DNA from: Octopus vulgaris
Lineage: Eukaryota
Direction: 5' to 3'
Assembly (NCBI GenBank): GCA_951406725.2
Contig: OX597814.1
Location: 23,002,001 to 23,066,000, forward strand
DNA: 64,000 bases
Numbering within the stretch: the first letter of the stretch is position 1; the number at the start of each line of letters is the position of its first letter. The notes beneath the pieces are model-generated. The model was not told where the DNA came from. It saw nothing but the letters and a program-made list of their open reading frames with translations, and searched no databases. Below are positions 1 through 12,914 of the stretch, one piece after another. Made by a program: the position numbers and the translations under genes.

Positions 1-1112
1 ACTAACGTCTCGTTTGGCATTTTTCAGTCTCTTTTCTGCAGCCATTGCCAGGTTCTGTTCCAATCAATCTCATTTTTATTCTTCAAGAACTGACTGTGCA
101 TTTTCTTGTCCAGCCAAAGTTTCTTCATTTGCTCTCTCTGGTCTTTCTTAAATTGTGCTGCAGTTAAAAACTCTTCAGTCTCTGCTTTGAGTCCTGAGCT
201 TCTCAGCTATTGTTGGGATTTTGCTTTGTCTATTTTTTACTGTTTAGTTTAGCCCGTTATTTACCATCTAAAGGGTTTTCTTGCCACATTTTATCACGAT
301 ACTTTGTTGTTCCAGCTTTTGTTTGGATTTTAGTTGTTTTACATCCGTTGTTGTTTCTTTTTCTTCATAGCTGTCAGATACAATGGTTTCTCTCTTGTAT
401 TTTTCAGCTTCTTCAAAGACAGAAAATAGCTTTGGTTTTGCTCGTATTTTGTGGCTATTTGTACCAGTTTTCTTTGCTTCTGGATTAGGTATTTCTGTAA
501 TCCTATGGTAGTTATTTCATAATAGCTTTCTAGCTGTATAAGGCCTCAACCACCTTCAATATGTTATATATATAACCTTTCTATGTCAGACTTTGGGTGG
601 TGCATCCTAAATACTGTAATTCTTTGTCTTGTTTTCTTGTCTAGTTTGGTTAGTTCATTTAGAGTCTAATTAAGAATATTGTAGCTGTAACTTATAACTG
701 GATGGCTAGAGTGTTGATACCAGTTATCTTGTTTTTCACATTGAGTTCTGTTTTCAGTATTCATCTTACACGTCTATAGTATTCCTTTATCTTCTTGTTT
801 ATTTGTACGTGTTGTACTGTATCTAGTTCATTGATTCCTAAGTATTTGTATGTCTGGCTTTGCTCTAATTCTCTTATTTCATTTGCTTTATCATATGTGA
901 TATTGTTACTCTTAACTAGTTTTTCTCTCTTCAAGGTTGCTTTGGTACATATTTCTAAGCCGAATTTCATGCTTGTTTCTTTGGTAAATCCATGCACTGT
1001 CTGTAGTAATGTTTCCAGCTGTTTGTCCTTTGCAGCATGCAGTTTTATATCATCCATATAAAAGAGATGGTTGATTACTTTACTGTAGCAGTTGTATCCA
1101 CATCCAGTTCTG
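1..1112 (-). mobile_element. 5'-truncated, degraded Dong/R4-type (RLE-clade) non-LTR retrotransposon: RT C-terminus and downstream region
   Basis: Minus strand reads VINHLFYMDDIKL (RT YxDD), MKFGLE.C, YKYLGI and MHHPKSDIERLY, matching the 52866-54182 ORF. Contains stops and frameshifts. The 5' end abuts an (AAT)n run. Confidence 0.9.
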
Positions 1113-1568
1113 TATTATTATTATTATTATTTTTCCTTCTTCAAATTTTCTTCCGTTTCTCGCCGAGTGTTTTCTGTACACCTAGGGCAAAGAAGCTCAT
1201 TGTATGCATTCCCAGATTACAAATGCAAATTCACAGGTAAAATATGTATTTAAAAAATTAATAAATAAATAAATTCCCGAATGGATGTTGTTTTCACAGC
1301 GATAATGCTCTTCTCAGCACATGAGCCGTTTCTAGTCAACACGATTTTTTGCACTTCCTGTAGGGATGGTAAACCTGGTATCATTTTCAAATAGGTTTCA
1401 GTACCTTTTTTTCTCATTCCTAGAGATCCCACAATTACTCGTACTGTAGTTACCCTGAGATGCCACATTTTTTCAATTTCCATTAAGTCCTTATATTTAC
1501 TAATCTTGTTAAATTCTTTCGCCGCTATATTGTGATCTGTCAAATTCTTTCGCTGCTATATTGTGATC

Positions 1569-1569
<1 letters not shown>
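1113..1569 (-). mobile_element. 3' fragment of a second Dong/R4-type LINE (REL endonuclease C-terminus plus 3'UTR)
   Basis: ORF 1250-1543 KISKYKDLMEIEKMW..VIVGSLG..IPGLPSLQEVQKIVL is homologous to the end of the 52866-54182 ORF. (TAA)n lies on both sides. Confidence 0.88.
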
Positions 1570-1619
<50 letters not shown>

Positions 1620-1702
1620 GTAGCAGCATCAGCAGCAATAGTAGTAGTAGTAGTAGTAGTCGTAGTAGTAGTAGTAGTAGTAGGAGGAGGAGGAGGAGGA
1701 GG
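1570..1702. repeat. Compound (TAT)n/(AGC)n/(TAG)n/(GAG)n microsatellite
   Basis: Directly visible trinucleotide runs. Confidence 0.95.
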
Positions 1703-1997
1703 AACAATGAAAATCATCTCTGTAATATGAAGTAAAGTCTTTTAAATAAAATTCTGTGAATTGGATTGTTAGCTTAAGTCTATTCTTCCTACTACTCTCT
1801 TAATATATGTACATTATAATGCTGGGCAAAAAAATCTTATTACATATACCTTTAACCATATTACTTAAGTAAATGATAGCCTTTGCTAAATAATTTCATT
1901 AAATTAATTGTCCAGAATAAAAAAAATATATATGTATATATTAAAAGGATAAGTAAAATACATTTGAAAGGTATTTCAAAAATTGAAATATCATATA

Positions 1998-2228
1998 TTG
2001 GTTTCTTCAAATTTTGGCACAAAGACAGTAAATTTGGTGGAAGTGGATAAGTTGATTACCTTGATCACAGCCCTCAACTGGTTCTTATTTTATCAATCCC
2101 AACAGGATGACAGGAAAAGTCGGAATTTGAGTGCAAGATTTAAATAATGATGATGATGATGATGAATTTAAAGATGGATGAAAGGCATTTTGCTTGGTAT
2201 GCTAACAATCCTGCCAGCTTGCCACCTT
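1998..2228 (-). mobile_element. SINE family B copy (tRNA-like head, TTTCATCC..GATAAAATAAGTACCAG core)
   Basis: Reverse complement of the element at 12324-12528 and 37855-38058. Confidence 0.75.
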
Positions 2229-3562
2229 TTGAAGTGCTACATATGATAACTATTTTATTAGGAAATCTGTTATTTTTGAGGATATTATTTATTTATATAA
2301 ATTAAGAATTTCTATGCTAAATCCGTTTTGGAAAATATTTTATCAAATTCAAGCACAAATCTGCTTAAAATCCAGGAATGGGACAATGGTGATTCTATCT
2401 GTCTTTAAGAGTTTTATACAAATTATATAAATTGAATCACTAATTCAATTTTAAAGATTCTGAAGATAAATTTGTATTCACTAGCATTAAATTGATAGCA
2501 GGTTACAATATTCTTATAGCATTTAATAAAACAACTATTATTTGCTACAAATTCTTTAAACACTAAGGAAATTATATTAGAATATATTTGATTCATTATG
2601 ATTTAAACTCACAAGCATTTGATTTTAATACTTCCATAATATCAGAAAATGGCACTATAATTAATTTAGGAACGATTTTACAGGAGCTTGAACTTGAAAT
2701 TATATTAGTTCAACCTAATAAATTCTGTTGTTGAGAGAAAGTGGTGTAAAAATCGAAATTCTTTTAAGTAGATTTTTTTGTTTAAACAGCTTAACATAAC
2801 AGCTAATTACCTTAAAATTATCTATGTTTATCGTTTCCTTTAACTCTTTAAATTTGGTTTTAGTCAAGTAGAAATGAAATATTCTTTATCAACTTAGTTT
2901 TCTATGTCCCCGTACTTCTCTTTATAAAACAAGCACAGAACATTTTGTGTAAATGTCAAGAAAACTGGATGAAATGGTGAAATAAATTAAGGCATATAAA
3001 ATCACATGTGTTGAATGTTGGTCTTGTAACAAAAACAGGTAAATTACAAACTTATTAAAATGTTTCAGCATTTCTAAATATTGCTTTATTTTCTTTATAC
3101 AAGAATATTCCTATTTCATATAACTCAAATATAAGTTATTTTACCAGCAGTCAAATAAGAAAATAATATATTTCAAATATCTAACCTAATACAAATAATA
3201 ACATGATGGTTTGTGTTACTATACAGCTGATAAATCTTTTTTCAACAAACTAGAAAAATATTTTGATATCCTCTTTTAAAATATATGCACAAGGTTGTTT
3301 ATTGATTTCATTGTGATGTTGTAATGTCATTCTCCTATAGTACTACATAAATTAAAATCCAAGAATATTCCAACAGGTTTTGAATTGAAAACATAAAGGA
3401 CTTAGTATTATAAGACAGTTTGTCTGATATACTACCAATTCAGCCTACCACTATTTTTATATATATATAGACAATAGGAAAGAAGACTTTAAAATTACTA
3501 ACGAGATCAAAATTATGATATATTATCTAGGTATATATGTAATATTAATACTTTACACTTTA

Positions 3563-3790
3563 CACTTTTACTTGTTTCAGTCATTTGACTGTGGCCATGC
3601 TGGAGCACCAACTTTAGTCGAGCAAATCGACCCCAGGACTTAGTTTTTGTAAGCCTAGTACTTATTCTATCGGTCTGTTTTGCTGAACCGCTAAGTTACG
3701 GGGATGTAAACACACCAGCATCGGTTGTCAAGCGATGTTGGCGGGGTGGGGGACAAACACAGACACACAAACATATACACACACATACAT

Positions 3791-3842
<52 letters not shown>

Positions 3843-4004
3843 GACAGTCTTCTGCCAGTTTTCATCTACCAAATCCACTCACATGGTTTTGGTCGGCCCG
3901 AGGCTATAGTAGAAGACACTTGCCCAAGGTGCCACGCAGTGGGACTGATCGCAGAACCATGTCATTCGTTAGCAAGCTACTTACCATACAGCCACTCCTA
4001 CGCC
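3563..4004 (-). mobile_element. SINE family A copy (tRNA-derived head, internal TA/TG microsatellite, AAGTAAAAG tail)
   Basis: Nearly colinear reverse complement of 48152-48560. A-box-like TGGCTGTATGG, followed by CACCTTGGGCAAGTGTC. Confidence 0.88.
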
Positions 4005-4236
4005 TAATGTTGTGATATTCTCAAGAAAAATGTTAAAAATTGTGTTGCATATATCTTTCCCTGCTACATTGTTAATACAATAAATAAACAGCTATTTGAC
4101 AGTTGGATACTTTTCATATGCTCACTTACTATACGAGGAATTGGATATCTACTTTAACTAAGATTATCTTGTAATGTAGATTTTACAGCAACTTATAAAA
4201 TATTTTTATAAGTTTATTTTGACATTCAGAGATGAT

Positions 4237-4443
4237 ATGGCAGGGGGCTGACAGAATCATTAGAATGCAAGGTAAAATGCTAAGCGGCATCTTTATATTT
4301 TGAGTTCAAATTCTGCTGAAGTTGCCTTTGCCTTTCTTCCTTTCAAAGTCGACAAAATAAGAACCAGTTGATCACTGGTGTTCATGTAATCAACTTACTC
4401 TTCCTTGGAATTTGATGGTTTTGTGCCAAAATTTGAAACCATT
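4237..4443 (+). mobile_element. SINE family B copy
   Basis: GCTGACAGAATCATTAG..GAGTTCAAATTC..GACAAAATAAGAACCAG..GTGCCAAAATTTGAAACC. Confidence 0.8.
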
Positions 4444-5299
4444 ATTACATTCAGAGATAATAATAATATCTCTTGAAAAATATGTAACATGTTTTGCATA
4501 TAAAAATTAGAAATGCAAATTGCAATTTCAAATCATTCGCTATTTGGGAATAATCTTTTACAAATTAATCACCAAATTTAGACAATTTCATTGTAATCAT
4601 TCTATATAATATTTAATTATTGCTTCAATTATTGCTTATTAACAAAATAAGTCTGTTTAAATAGCAAAATCAATTTGATGTACACTACCAGCCATATTTT
4701 AAATATATCCATTATAGTAAGATTTAAAGCACTTTTTCTTATCAAAGCAATAAAATCTTCAGAAGGATAATGTAACTCATAATGTTAACTTCCTGTGTAG
4801 TGTTTTCACATATAATTTATGAAATTTTATTGTTCAATCTAGAAAGATGAAAAAGCAATATACAATAAATAGTATAACAGCTATTAGGAGATATATTGTG
4901 CAGAGGTAATCAAATGCTATACATAAACAAAGCAATTAGCAGAGCTTCTGCATAGTAGAAATAGTGACTAAATCTCCATCAGCCTGGTGGAAATATTGAC
5001 TAAATTTCCCTTAAATAAAATTCTATGCTTTTTAAGAAAAAATATGTATGTATTAGATAATATAGTGAAGGGTACAATGCCTTGATATTCAACAAGGATG
5101 TTGATGAAAGAACAGGAAAATGAGATTTCAAGAATAAAACCGGATAGAGAAATTTCTCTGTGGGAAATAGATGTACAGGAAGGATACAAAAACAAAAATT
5201 CTGTTGGGAAATATAAAACACATGATAGATACCTTTGGCATTTGCTAATAAGCATGCACAGCATAATCTTTCTCTCTCTCTCATACTCTCACATGTATA

Positions 5300-5363
5300 T
5301 ATGTACACACACACACACACATAAGCAAATGTATACATACATATATTTATATATATATATACG

Positions 5364-5397
<34 letters not shown>

Positions 5398-5404
5398 TAT
5401 ATAC

Positions 5405-5482
<78 letters not shown>

Positions 5483-5659
5483 TAAATATATCCACGTATA
5501 CATATATGTACATACCTACATATATATGTTTATATACATGCATATATGGGTACAGGACATCAAAAAGCGTAGAGCAAAATGAGAAACAAAGACATAGAAA
5601 CGAGACATGCGACATAAAGAATATTCCCCTTCTTCAGTTGTCTCTGTTTCATCTATTCC

Positions 5660-5715
<56 letters not shown>
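5300..5715. repeat. (TA)n microsatellite with an embedded ~125-bp repeat terminus (5538-5662)
   Basis: The embedded piece (minus strand ..CAACTGAAGAAGGG..GATGTCCTGTACCCATATATGCATG) resembles 22570-22730 and 21592-21630. Confidence 0.75.
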
Positions 5716-5929
5716 GCGTACATATACAGGCGTAAATGTAGATAGAAACTCCATATAATGTGCCTAGTGCTAGGTATGGACATATTAGAGGTGCAGTAGA
5801 ATCAAAGGAATGTTATCAGAGGATGTAATATTTGTACATAACAGATGCCCTGGAACATGTTCCAAAACTATAGCTTCTAGAAAAAGAATAGAATGGAGAA
5901 AGTTCAGGGAATTATTACCTGTATTAAAA

Positions 5930-6250
5930 ATAAAAATGTCCCTCCCTCAAAGTGACTGTCAGATTATATGACGCCTGTGCACAAACAACAACTCTACAAT
6001 AGGAGTGAGTCTTCGACCTTGAATGCAGAAGACATGCAATGACTAGAAAGGAATGTAGCTTGTATGCTCTGATAGATATACAACGTTGGTGTGCATGTAC
6101 AATAAAGAGCAAATGTGATGAGAAAAAACCTGAGCATAAGAAGAATCAGATATAGCAAAGAGGAAAGAGGACTGCACTGGTATGAAAATGTGATGCATAT
6201 GGATGAAGATAGCTTTATAAAGAAATGTGTTGTCTGTATCTAAAAGTGTG
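5930..6250 (+). mobile_element. Degraded RTE LINE 3' ORF fragment
   Basis: Remnants of RLYDAC, RLERN and KRGLHWY..V.HMDEDS, similar to 8705-8800 and 51240-51450. Confidence 0.55.
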
Positions 6251-7759
6251 TTTATATATATTTATGTATGTGTACATTGTTACATATACATTTAAATGTG
6301 TCTACATATTTATACATTAATGCATCTGCATGTAAATATGTGTTTTTGCAAACACCTTTTATTTGACCTTTAAATTGAGTAAATCTCTCTCTTTCACTAT
6401 TTCTCTTTCTCTCTTGTTCTGTCTCTGTCTCGTCTCTCTGTCTGTCTCTCATATTAACGAACTGTTGGACATTTTCCAACCCTAACCGTCTACTTCCTAA
6501 GTGTCCGAATAGGTTTATTCCATAATATTATTACTACACTAAGCGTTTTAGGACCCCTTACAACATACACCATCTTCCCATTTTACCCTGTATAATGGTC
6601 ATCATCTTATCCCGTATAACGGTCATCATCATCATCATCATCATCATTATTATTATTATTAGTAGTAGTATTCAAAACTGTTTGATTTAGCTCTATGTGA
6701 CTTGAAGTGTTGCAGGCTTCTTACAGAAACAACTAATTCAGGTGCAGTTAACTGAATGAAGAGATAGAGAAAGTCCAAGATGGCTACTGGAAAATGTGTT
6801 GCATTAGATCAGGATTGGTCACATGGTGTTGGTAGAAGCGAGATCAGCATCCTAGTGACCACAGATGCATTATAAAAACGGAATTTCTTAGAGAACCTGG
6901 CTGAACAGGAAACTGGTAGTGTCTTGGTGTTTGGCAAACCTTTGAAGAAATGACTTGGAGTCCGACAGAGTGATGGCCAGTGAAAGAGTACAAGATATAT
7001 AAGTGCATGGATGTGGCTGCCTGATGTCTATGCTTATGTGTACAGAGGGTGCATGTGTGTGTGTGTAAGCTGGCATATGGATAAAGGTTGGCATGTGAGT
7101 AAGGGCTAATGGCATCAGTTCATTGATGTGCCAGCGCATGTTTTCTAGGATGCATGTATGTATGAGTACTGGTGCATATCAGTGGTGTGTCAGTACTTGT
7201 GTGCATGAATATGTAGGCAGATGTGTCAACTGTGTATATCAGCTGCATGTATGTTATGAGTGTGTGTATGTAAGTGGTTACATGTGTATTAGTGTCTACT
7301 GTATATGCGTGCATGCCTGAACATGTTTAGGACACATGTATGGTTGTGCATACATATAGATGATTGGTGAATGTGTGTACATTCTTGTGTTTATATGTGA
7401 ATGTGTGCATGTGGTCTGGAGGAATATATATGCATGAGTTTTTATCCAGTGTGTGTGTGAATTTAATGCTTTTGGTATTTATGTGTGCAAGCATGACAGA
7501 TGCATGTTAGTGTAGTTTCAACAATGATGTTGGGAAGGGGTGGGAATTGGTGTGCAGGGAAGAAAGAAAAGAGAAGTATATGTACATAGATGTGTGTGTG
7601 TGTGTGTGTGTGTGTGCATGCACACACCCACGTTAATGGAGGTGAACAAAGGGGATTCCCTTCCATATGGTTTGAGATCGTCAGGCCATTGTCCTTGTAA
7701 GGGGCCAACCTGTGTTTGCATTTCTTGAGAGTAAGAAATGCAAACATGTACTCGTGCAT

Positions 7760-8200
7760 CCTCCAATCCCAGCCTGTAGTTACTGAAATCTTACCAGCTG
7801 CCCTCTAGGAGGACTCTGCCTCTTAAGGGCTGTAGTCTATAGAACCACCCTCACACCATCTGACGGCATCACAAGGTATTATACTGGCATGACAACCAAT
7901 GATTTCAAGGGATGGTACACACAGCATATGCACTTGCTTAGGTGTAGGGATAGACAAAATTCCACCTTTTCATCTTGTTTCCACTAGAGACTCCATGATC
8001 TCCAGAACGATACCCTAAATGTTGAAAGGAACATGATCAACAGGGATCCTCCTTATTCACCTGGTACCTGTAATTACCAGCTCTGCATCTGTGAAAGATT
8101 GCACATTCTCCACCAGCCTGTAGTATCAATCAACAGATAACGTGAACTATCTTATTGCTGCAATCAGAATTGTGCCCTTCTGGAATGCCGATCTCACATC
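7760..8200 (+). mobile_element. Penelope-like element ORF remnant (Cys-rich linker plus GIY-YIG endonuclease)
   Basis: Hand translation gives CSY*NLTSCPLGGLCLLRAVVYRTTLTPSDGITRYYTGMTTNDFKGWYTQHMHLLR, then after a frameshift DPPYSPGTCNYQLCICERLHIL..INR*RELSYCC. This fits the CPL.G.C..VVY..YIG.T..FK.R..H..C.LC..E..N pattern of PLE GIY-YIG domains. Confidence 0.82.
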
Positions 8201-8247
8201 TACCAACACTGTGTGACTCACCTCGGACCCAATGCAGCCCAGAATGT

Positions 8248-8284
<37 letters not shown>

Positions 8285-8621
8285 TCTATGGATGTTTAGT
8301 GGATTCTTGAATTAGTGGTGTGGTGTCATCTGGGTGACATCTCAATCTTTCAACTTTCAGAAAACTATCATCTGTTTGAGTGGTACATGAGATAAACAAC
8401 TAAATTACATAGCACCATTAACCTTGCTCTCTCTCTATATATATATATGTGTGTGTGTATTTGTGTGTGTGTGTGTATGTGTTTGTGTATGTGTGTGTGA
8501 TTCTCTCAATCTCATTTGTAATTTGTGTTTATATCAGTAATAGCTTATAGCTAGGACATCATTAATTATCTTGTTGATTTTGAATAGACATTCCTCTAAA
8601 TTTAATTTATATCAATTTATA

Positions 8622-8676
<55 letters not shown>

Positions 8677-8704
8677 TGGAGTGTGTGTGTGTGTGTGTGT
8701 GTGT

Positions 8705-8800
8705 GTTGTGTGCAAGAGAGACGATTGCGCTGGTATGGTCATGTGGCGAGAATGGATGAAGAGAGGTGTGTGAGAAAGTGCCAATCCCTAGCAGTTGAGG
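8705..8800 (+). mobile_element. RTE LINE fragment
   Basis: CVQERRLRWYGHVARMDEERCVRKC. Confidence 0.8.
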
Positions 8801-8949
8801 ATATCAATATGTATTCTCTCTCTCTCACCCTTCATATCATATATATATATATATATATATATACTCATATACTCTATGTATATACTATTAATGTAATCAT
8901 AACAATGAAATAGAAATAGCAAAAATTGTAGGAAGTAGCAATAATACTG

Positions 8950-9180
8950 TTGTTTAGTTCTTGGTCTTAGAGATTATACATCTGACTGAGCAGACCTATT
9001 ATCAAATGTATTTCAGTGATGATTATTTCATTTTTTTTTGTTGCAATGATGCACACCTAAGATTTAATAATCCAAAGTATACTTCTCTCTTTCCAAGATG
9101 GTAGGGTAGAATTTGAGAGAGATTTAGCTTCTATTTCTAGCAGGTCAAACAACTATGCAGAGGTTCCTGTGTTGGCTTGT
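8950..9180 (+). mobile_element. Old dispersed repeat (family G; core GATTTGGCTGCTATTTCTAGCAGG)
   Basis: Diverged copies near 9510-9620, 11630-11820, 20370-20560, 23440-23570, 28540-28700, 39450-39630, 56290-56480 and 63200-63355. Confidence 0.6.
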
Positions 9181-9252
9181 GATGATGATGTTGATATTGA
9201 TGCTAAACACGAGTCCCCTACTTGATCAATGTGGGTATTGTTGTTTAGCTAA

Positions 9253-9510
9253 AGGGACAAACAAGGATAGACAAAGGGATTAGGTTGATTATATCGACCC
9301 CAGTGCATAACTGGTACTTATTTAATTGACTCCGAAAAGATGAAAGACAAAGTTGACCTTGGCGGAATTTGAACTCAGAATGTAGTGGCAGACAAAATAC
9401 CTATTTCTTTACTACCCACAAGGGGCTAAACACAGAGAGGACAAACAAGGACAGACAAACAAATTAAGTTGATTATATCGATCCCAGTGTGTAACTGGTA
9501 CTTATTTAAC
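9253..9510 (-). mobile_element. SINE family B variant with duplicated 3' segment
   Basis: GGACAAACAAGGA..GATTATATCGACCCCAGTG occurs twice. Closely matches 37481-37713. Confidence 0.8.
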
Positions 9511-10530
9511 AAAATCCAAGACTACATTACCCTATGTATCCTTTTCTTACTTAAATGGTAAGGGTGTCAGTTGAGGGAAGTTGGCTGCTGTTTCTAGCGG
9601 GTCAAGTGGCCATATAAATATTTAATATGTGAGGAGTGACAGAAAATGATCAAAGTTTAAATGGGAGATAAACGCAAAATAATACAAGCTCCATTTATTC
9701 AAGTTAGAATATATTCACCAAATGTTAGAAAGTAGAAGATAAGAGCAATAAAATTTAACTGAAAATAAAACACTTAAGTTAAGGAAACACTTATCTTCTT
9801 ATACATGGACATGGTAAATCTTTCATTCTTATCAATATTGCAATATTTGAATCCAACATTAGGAAGAGCGGTGAGGGGAAAGGAAATCTTTTTAAAAAAT
9901 GTCACCAAGGGTGCTAATTTGCTTTTCTTTAGCCAACTACTGTATGAAAAAAACATTATGGTTCTACATTTGAAACATAACTGGAAAAGTAATGGCAAGG
10001 CCTAACTTATTTATTGCAGTAGATCAAAGAAGGTTTTCATGTCTTGTCAAGTAAAAGAAATTCTTTGACTGTCAGCCTAGCCATGAAGATAAGAGACTAT
10101 CATTTATTTCTTTTTAAAAAGCCGTGTATAAACACACATGAACACAAATAGGTACACATACACGATGATTAAATATATAAAGGCTTTATAAGACACACAT
10201 ATATCTACACATGTGTGCATGCACATGTGCATAAAAATATGGATATACATTACACACATGCATACGCACAATATTTATATACATGTATACATGCATGAAA
10301 ACACAGACACACACATGTAGATAGATATATAGATAGACAGATAGATAAGCAGATATAGATATGGATACACACCATACTTATATATTCATATATAAATATA
10401 TCTAGCTATGAATACTAAATATGTGTGTGTATTTGTGTGCATGCATATGACTGTGTGTATAAATATACATACATATGTATATCACATACAAACATCGATA
10501 CAAACATACATACATACAAATATGTAAATA

Positions 10531-10569
<39 letters not shown>

Positions 10570-10651
10570 GCTCACGCACAAACACACACACACTTATATA
10601 TATGATATGTATAGATGTAAATCAATATTTCTACTTCTATGTGTGTGTCTG

Positions 10652-10684
<33 letters not shown>

Positions 10685-12096
10685 CTTTTTTTATATATAT
10701 GCAAATATATGACTACAAACATACAAATGTGTGTGTGTTTCAGTGAATTTACCAAGTTACAGATGAATAACTGGGGCTGAATGGAACCAAGCAGAGGAAC
10801 CATAATGCTGGCTATTGAAGACAGATAAACAGAGAATTTTAAGCATGTGTCTGCAATATCAAAGAATGAATCTAGTTATCAATAATATTAAAAATTGGTA
10901 TCGGAATTCTGTATCTTTCATAATAGTTTTTACTTATTTTAGAGAGTAATAACAACTTTGCAACTTTTTAAAAGAAATACCAGTGAGTTCTATATACGAA
11001 AGCCATATACTACATAATATTTTCAATAAATTTTTCATTGATGTATATGACAAGAATATTGACAAGTATCCTTCTATGAAATATTAGTTACAGAAATTTT
11101 ACCTACATTTTTTTTCCTCGAAAATTTTATGCTTCTTTATGGGTTTTAAAAGAAATTTTCTACAAATTCTCTCTAGCAAAAATTATAAATTGCCTACTGG
11201 GACAAATATCAGTTATCTTAATCTAACTTTTCATTTTTCTATTTGGAAATTTATTGTGAAGTTCACTAACAAGAAATATTAATCATCCTCCTCCTTGTCA
11301 CCATCATTATTGTAATCATTGCTAACCACCTCTTTCATGCTGAATCAAGCCAATGGGTGAGTCTATGTATTCATCAAATCAGTTGGAAATAACAGTTAAA
11401 TTCCCTTCCATGCATGCCCTACTGTTGCAAAGAGAAAATAAAAAGGTGTCAAATTACGCAGGTGTAAATAAGACAGGAAAAAAAAATATATGACAAGAAA
11501 TACAAATAGTTAAAAATGTCTTAGATCATAGGTCTACTTCATCATGGCTTATCTGAAGGTAAACAACATACCAATTTGATAATTATATTTATTTCATAAT
11601 ACATAAATAAAACTGGTTATTAATATTGTTGTTTAGCCAAAAGTCAGTCTACACAATGTAGACCTATGTCCAAAAGTGTACAAAACATAATCATTTTATG
11701 TTTTTTAGTCATTATCAAGTGTTCCTTTCTAAGACAGTAGAGTGTGATTTGAAGGAGATTTGATTGCTATTTCTAGCATGCCAGTGAAGCAGATAGATGT
11801 TCCTTTAGAGTGGCAGCAAGGCAAAAAGAATTTCAGAGAACTAAGTTCAGTATCATCTATTCAAAGTGGATCATTAATTTTATGTAGAGGTTTAAGTAAG
11901 CTGCAAAAATTAGCTGGTATCAGATTTTTAATTAATGAACACCAACATTATAAAACATAATAAGTGAAAGATTATGTATTATCTTTCACTTATTATGTGA
12001 AAGATAATACATAATAAGTGAAGAAGTTTGGTAAATTTAAGTATGATATTGGCTTATATTTAAGTATAATATTGGCTTCAAATTTAAGTATAATAT

Positions 12097-12294
12097 TGGC
12101 TTCAAATTCTGCCTCAAGGCCAGCAATTTTGGGAGAGAGGCTAAGTCAATTACATTGATCCCAGTGTTTAACTGGTGCTTATATTATCAACCCCTAAAAG
12201 ACCCTGCAGCATTCAAACTCAGAGTGTAAAACTGGAAGAAATACTGCAAAGCATTTTTCTCAATGTGTTGATAGTGTTGTTAGCTCACTGCCTT
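12097..12294 (-). mobile_element. SINE family B copy
   Basis: Reverse complement of the adjacent copy. Confidence 0.75.
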
Positions 12295-12323
12295 AACTTT
12301 AAGTATTATATTATTTGTATCAT

Positions 12324-12528
12324 AAAGGTGGCAAGCTGGCAGAATCATTAGCAAAATGCTTAATGGTATTTTGTCCCTCTTAGCATTCTGAGTCCAAATT
12401 CTGCCACGGTTGACTTTACCTTTCATCCTTTTAGGTTTGATAAATAAGAACCAGGTGATGGCTGGAGTCAATGTAATCGACTTACTCCTTCCCCAAAATT
12501 GCTGGCCTTGTGCCAAAATTTGGAACCA
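12324..12528 (+). mobile_element. SINE family B copy
   Basis: AAGGTGGCAAGCTGGCAGAATC..GAGTCCAAATTC..GATAAATAAGAACCAG..GGCCTTGTGCCAAAATTTGGAACC. Confidence 0.85.
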
Positions 12529-12914
12529 GTTTTATCTGTATCATTACTTTAACTGAAAATATGAGTTGGATGAAACAATAACTGGTTCTGTAAATATTGC
12601 ACCTCACAAACAAAATAACAGGGAGTATCAATCAGTTGCTAAGGACATAAACACATATAGCAATTACAATATGGTAAATACAATTTTTAAAAATGCACAA
12701 AAACTGCTAACTTCACTTGCTAATTTATTATTTGGTGTCAAAAATTTCCTTACACTTTCTTTGACCTAGCCACTTATGTAGTTGTTGATATGTTCTTGGT
12801 GTTGGCATAGCAATGATAAATTTCTCATCACTCACCCTGGGTCTACCATAAAGAGGTTCATTCTGGTCATTTCCAACATAGCAGAGTCCTTCCAAATTAC
12901 AAGTGAGTTCCCTA

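Noticed and set aside
5000-5745. Long YI/IY-, HT- and CV-repeat ORFs (also at 10.4k, 21k, 24.6k and 36.2k)
   Set aside because: They are translations of (TA)n and (CA)n microsatellites, not proteins.
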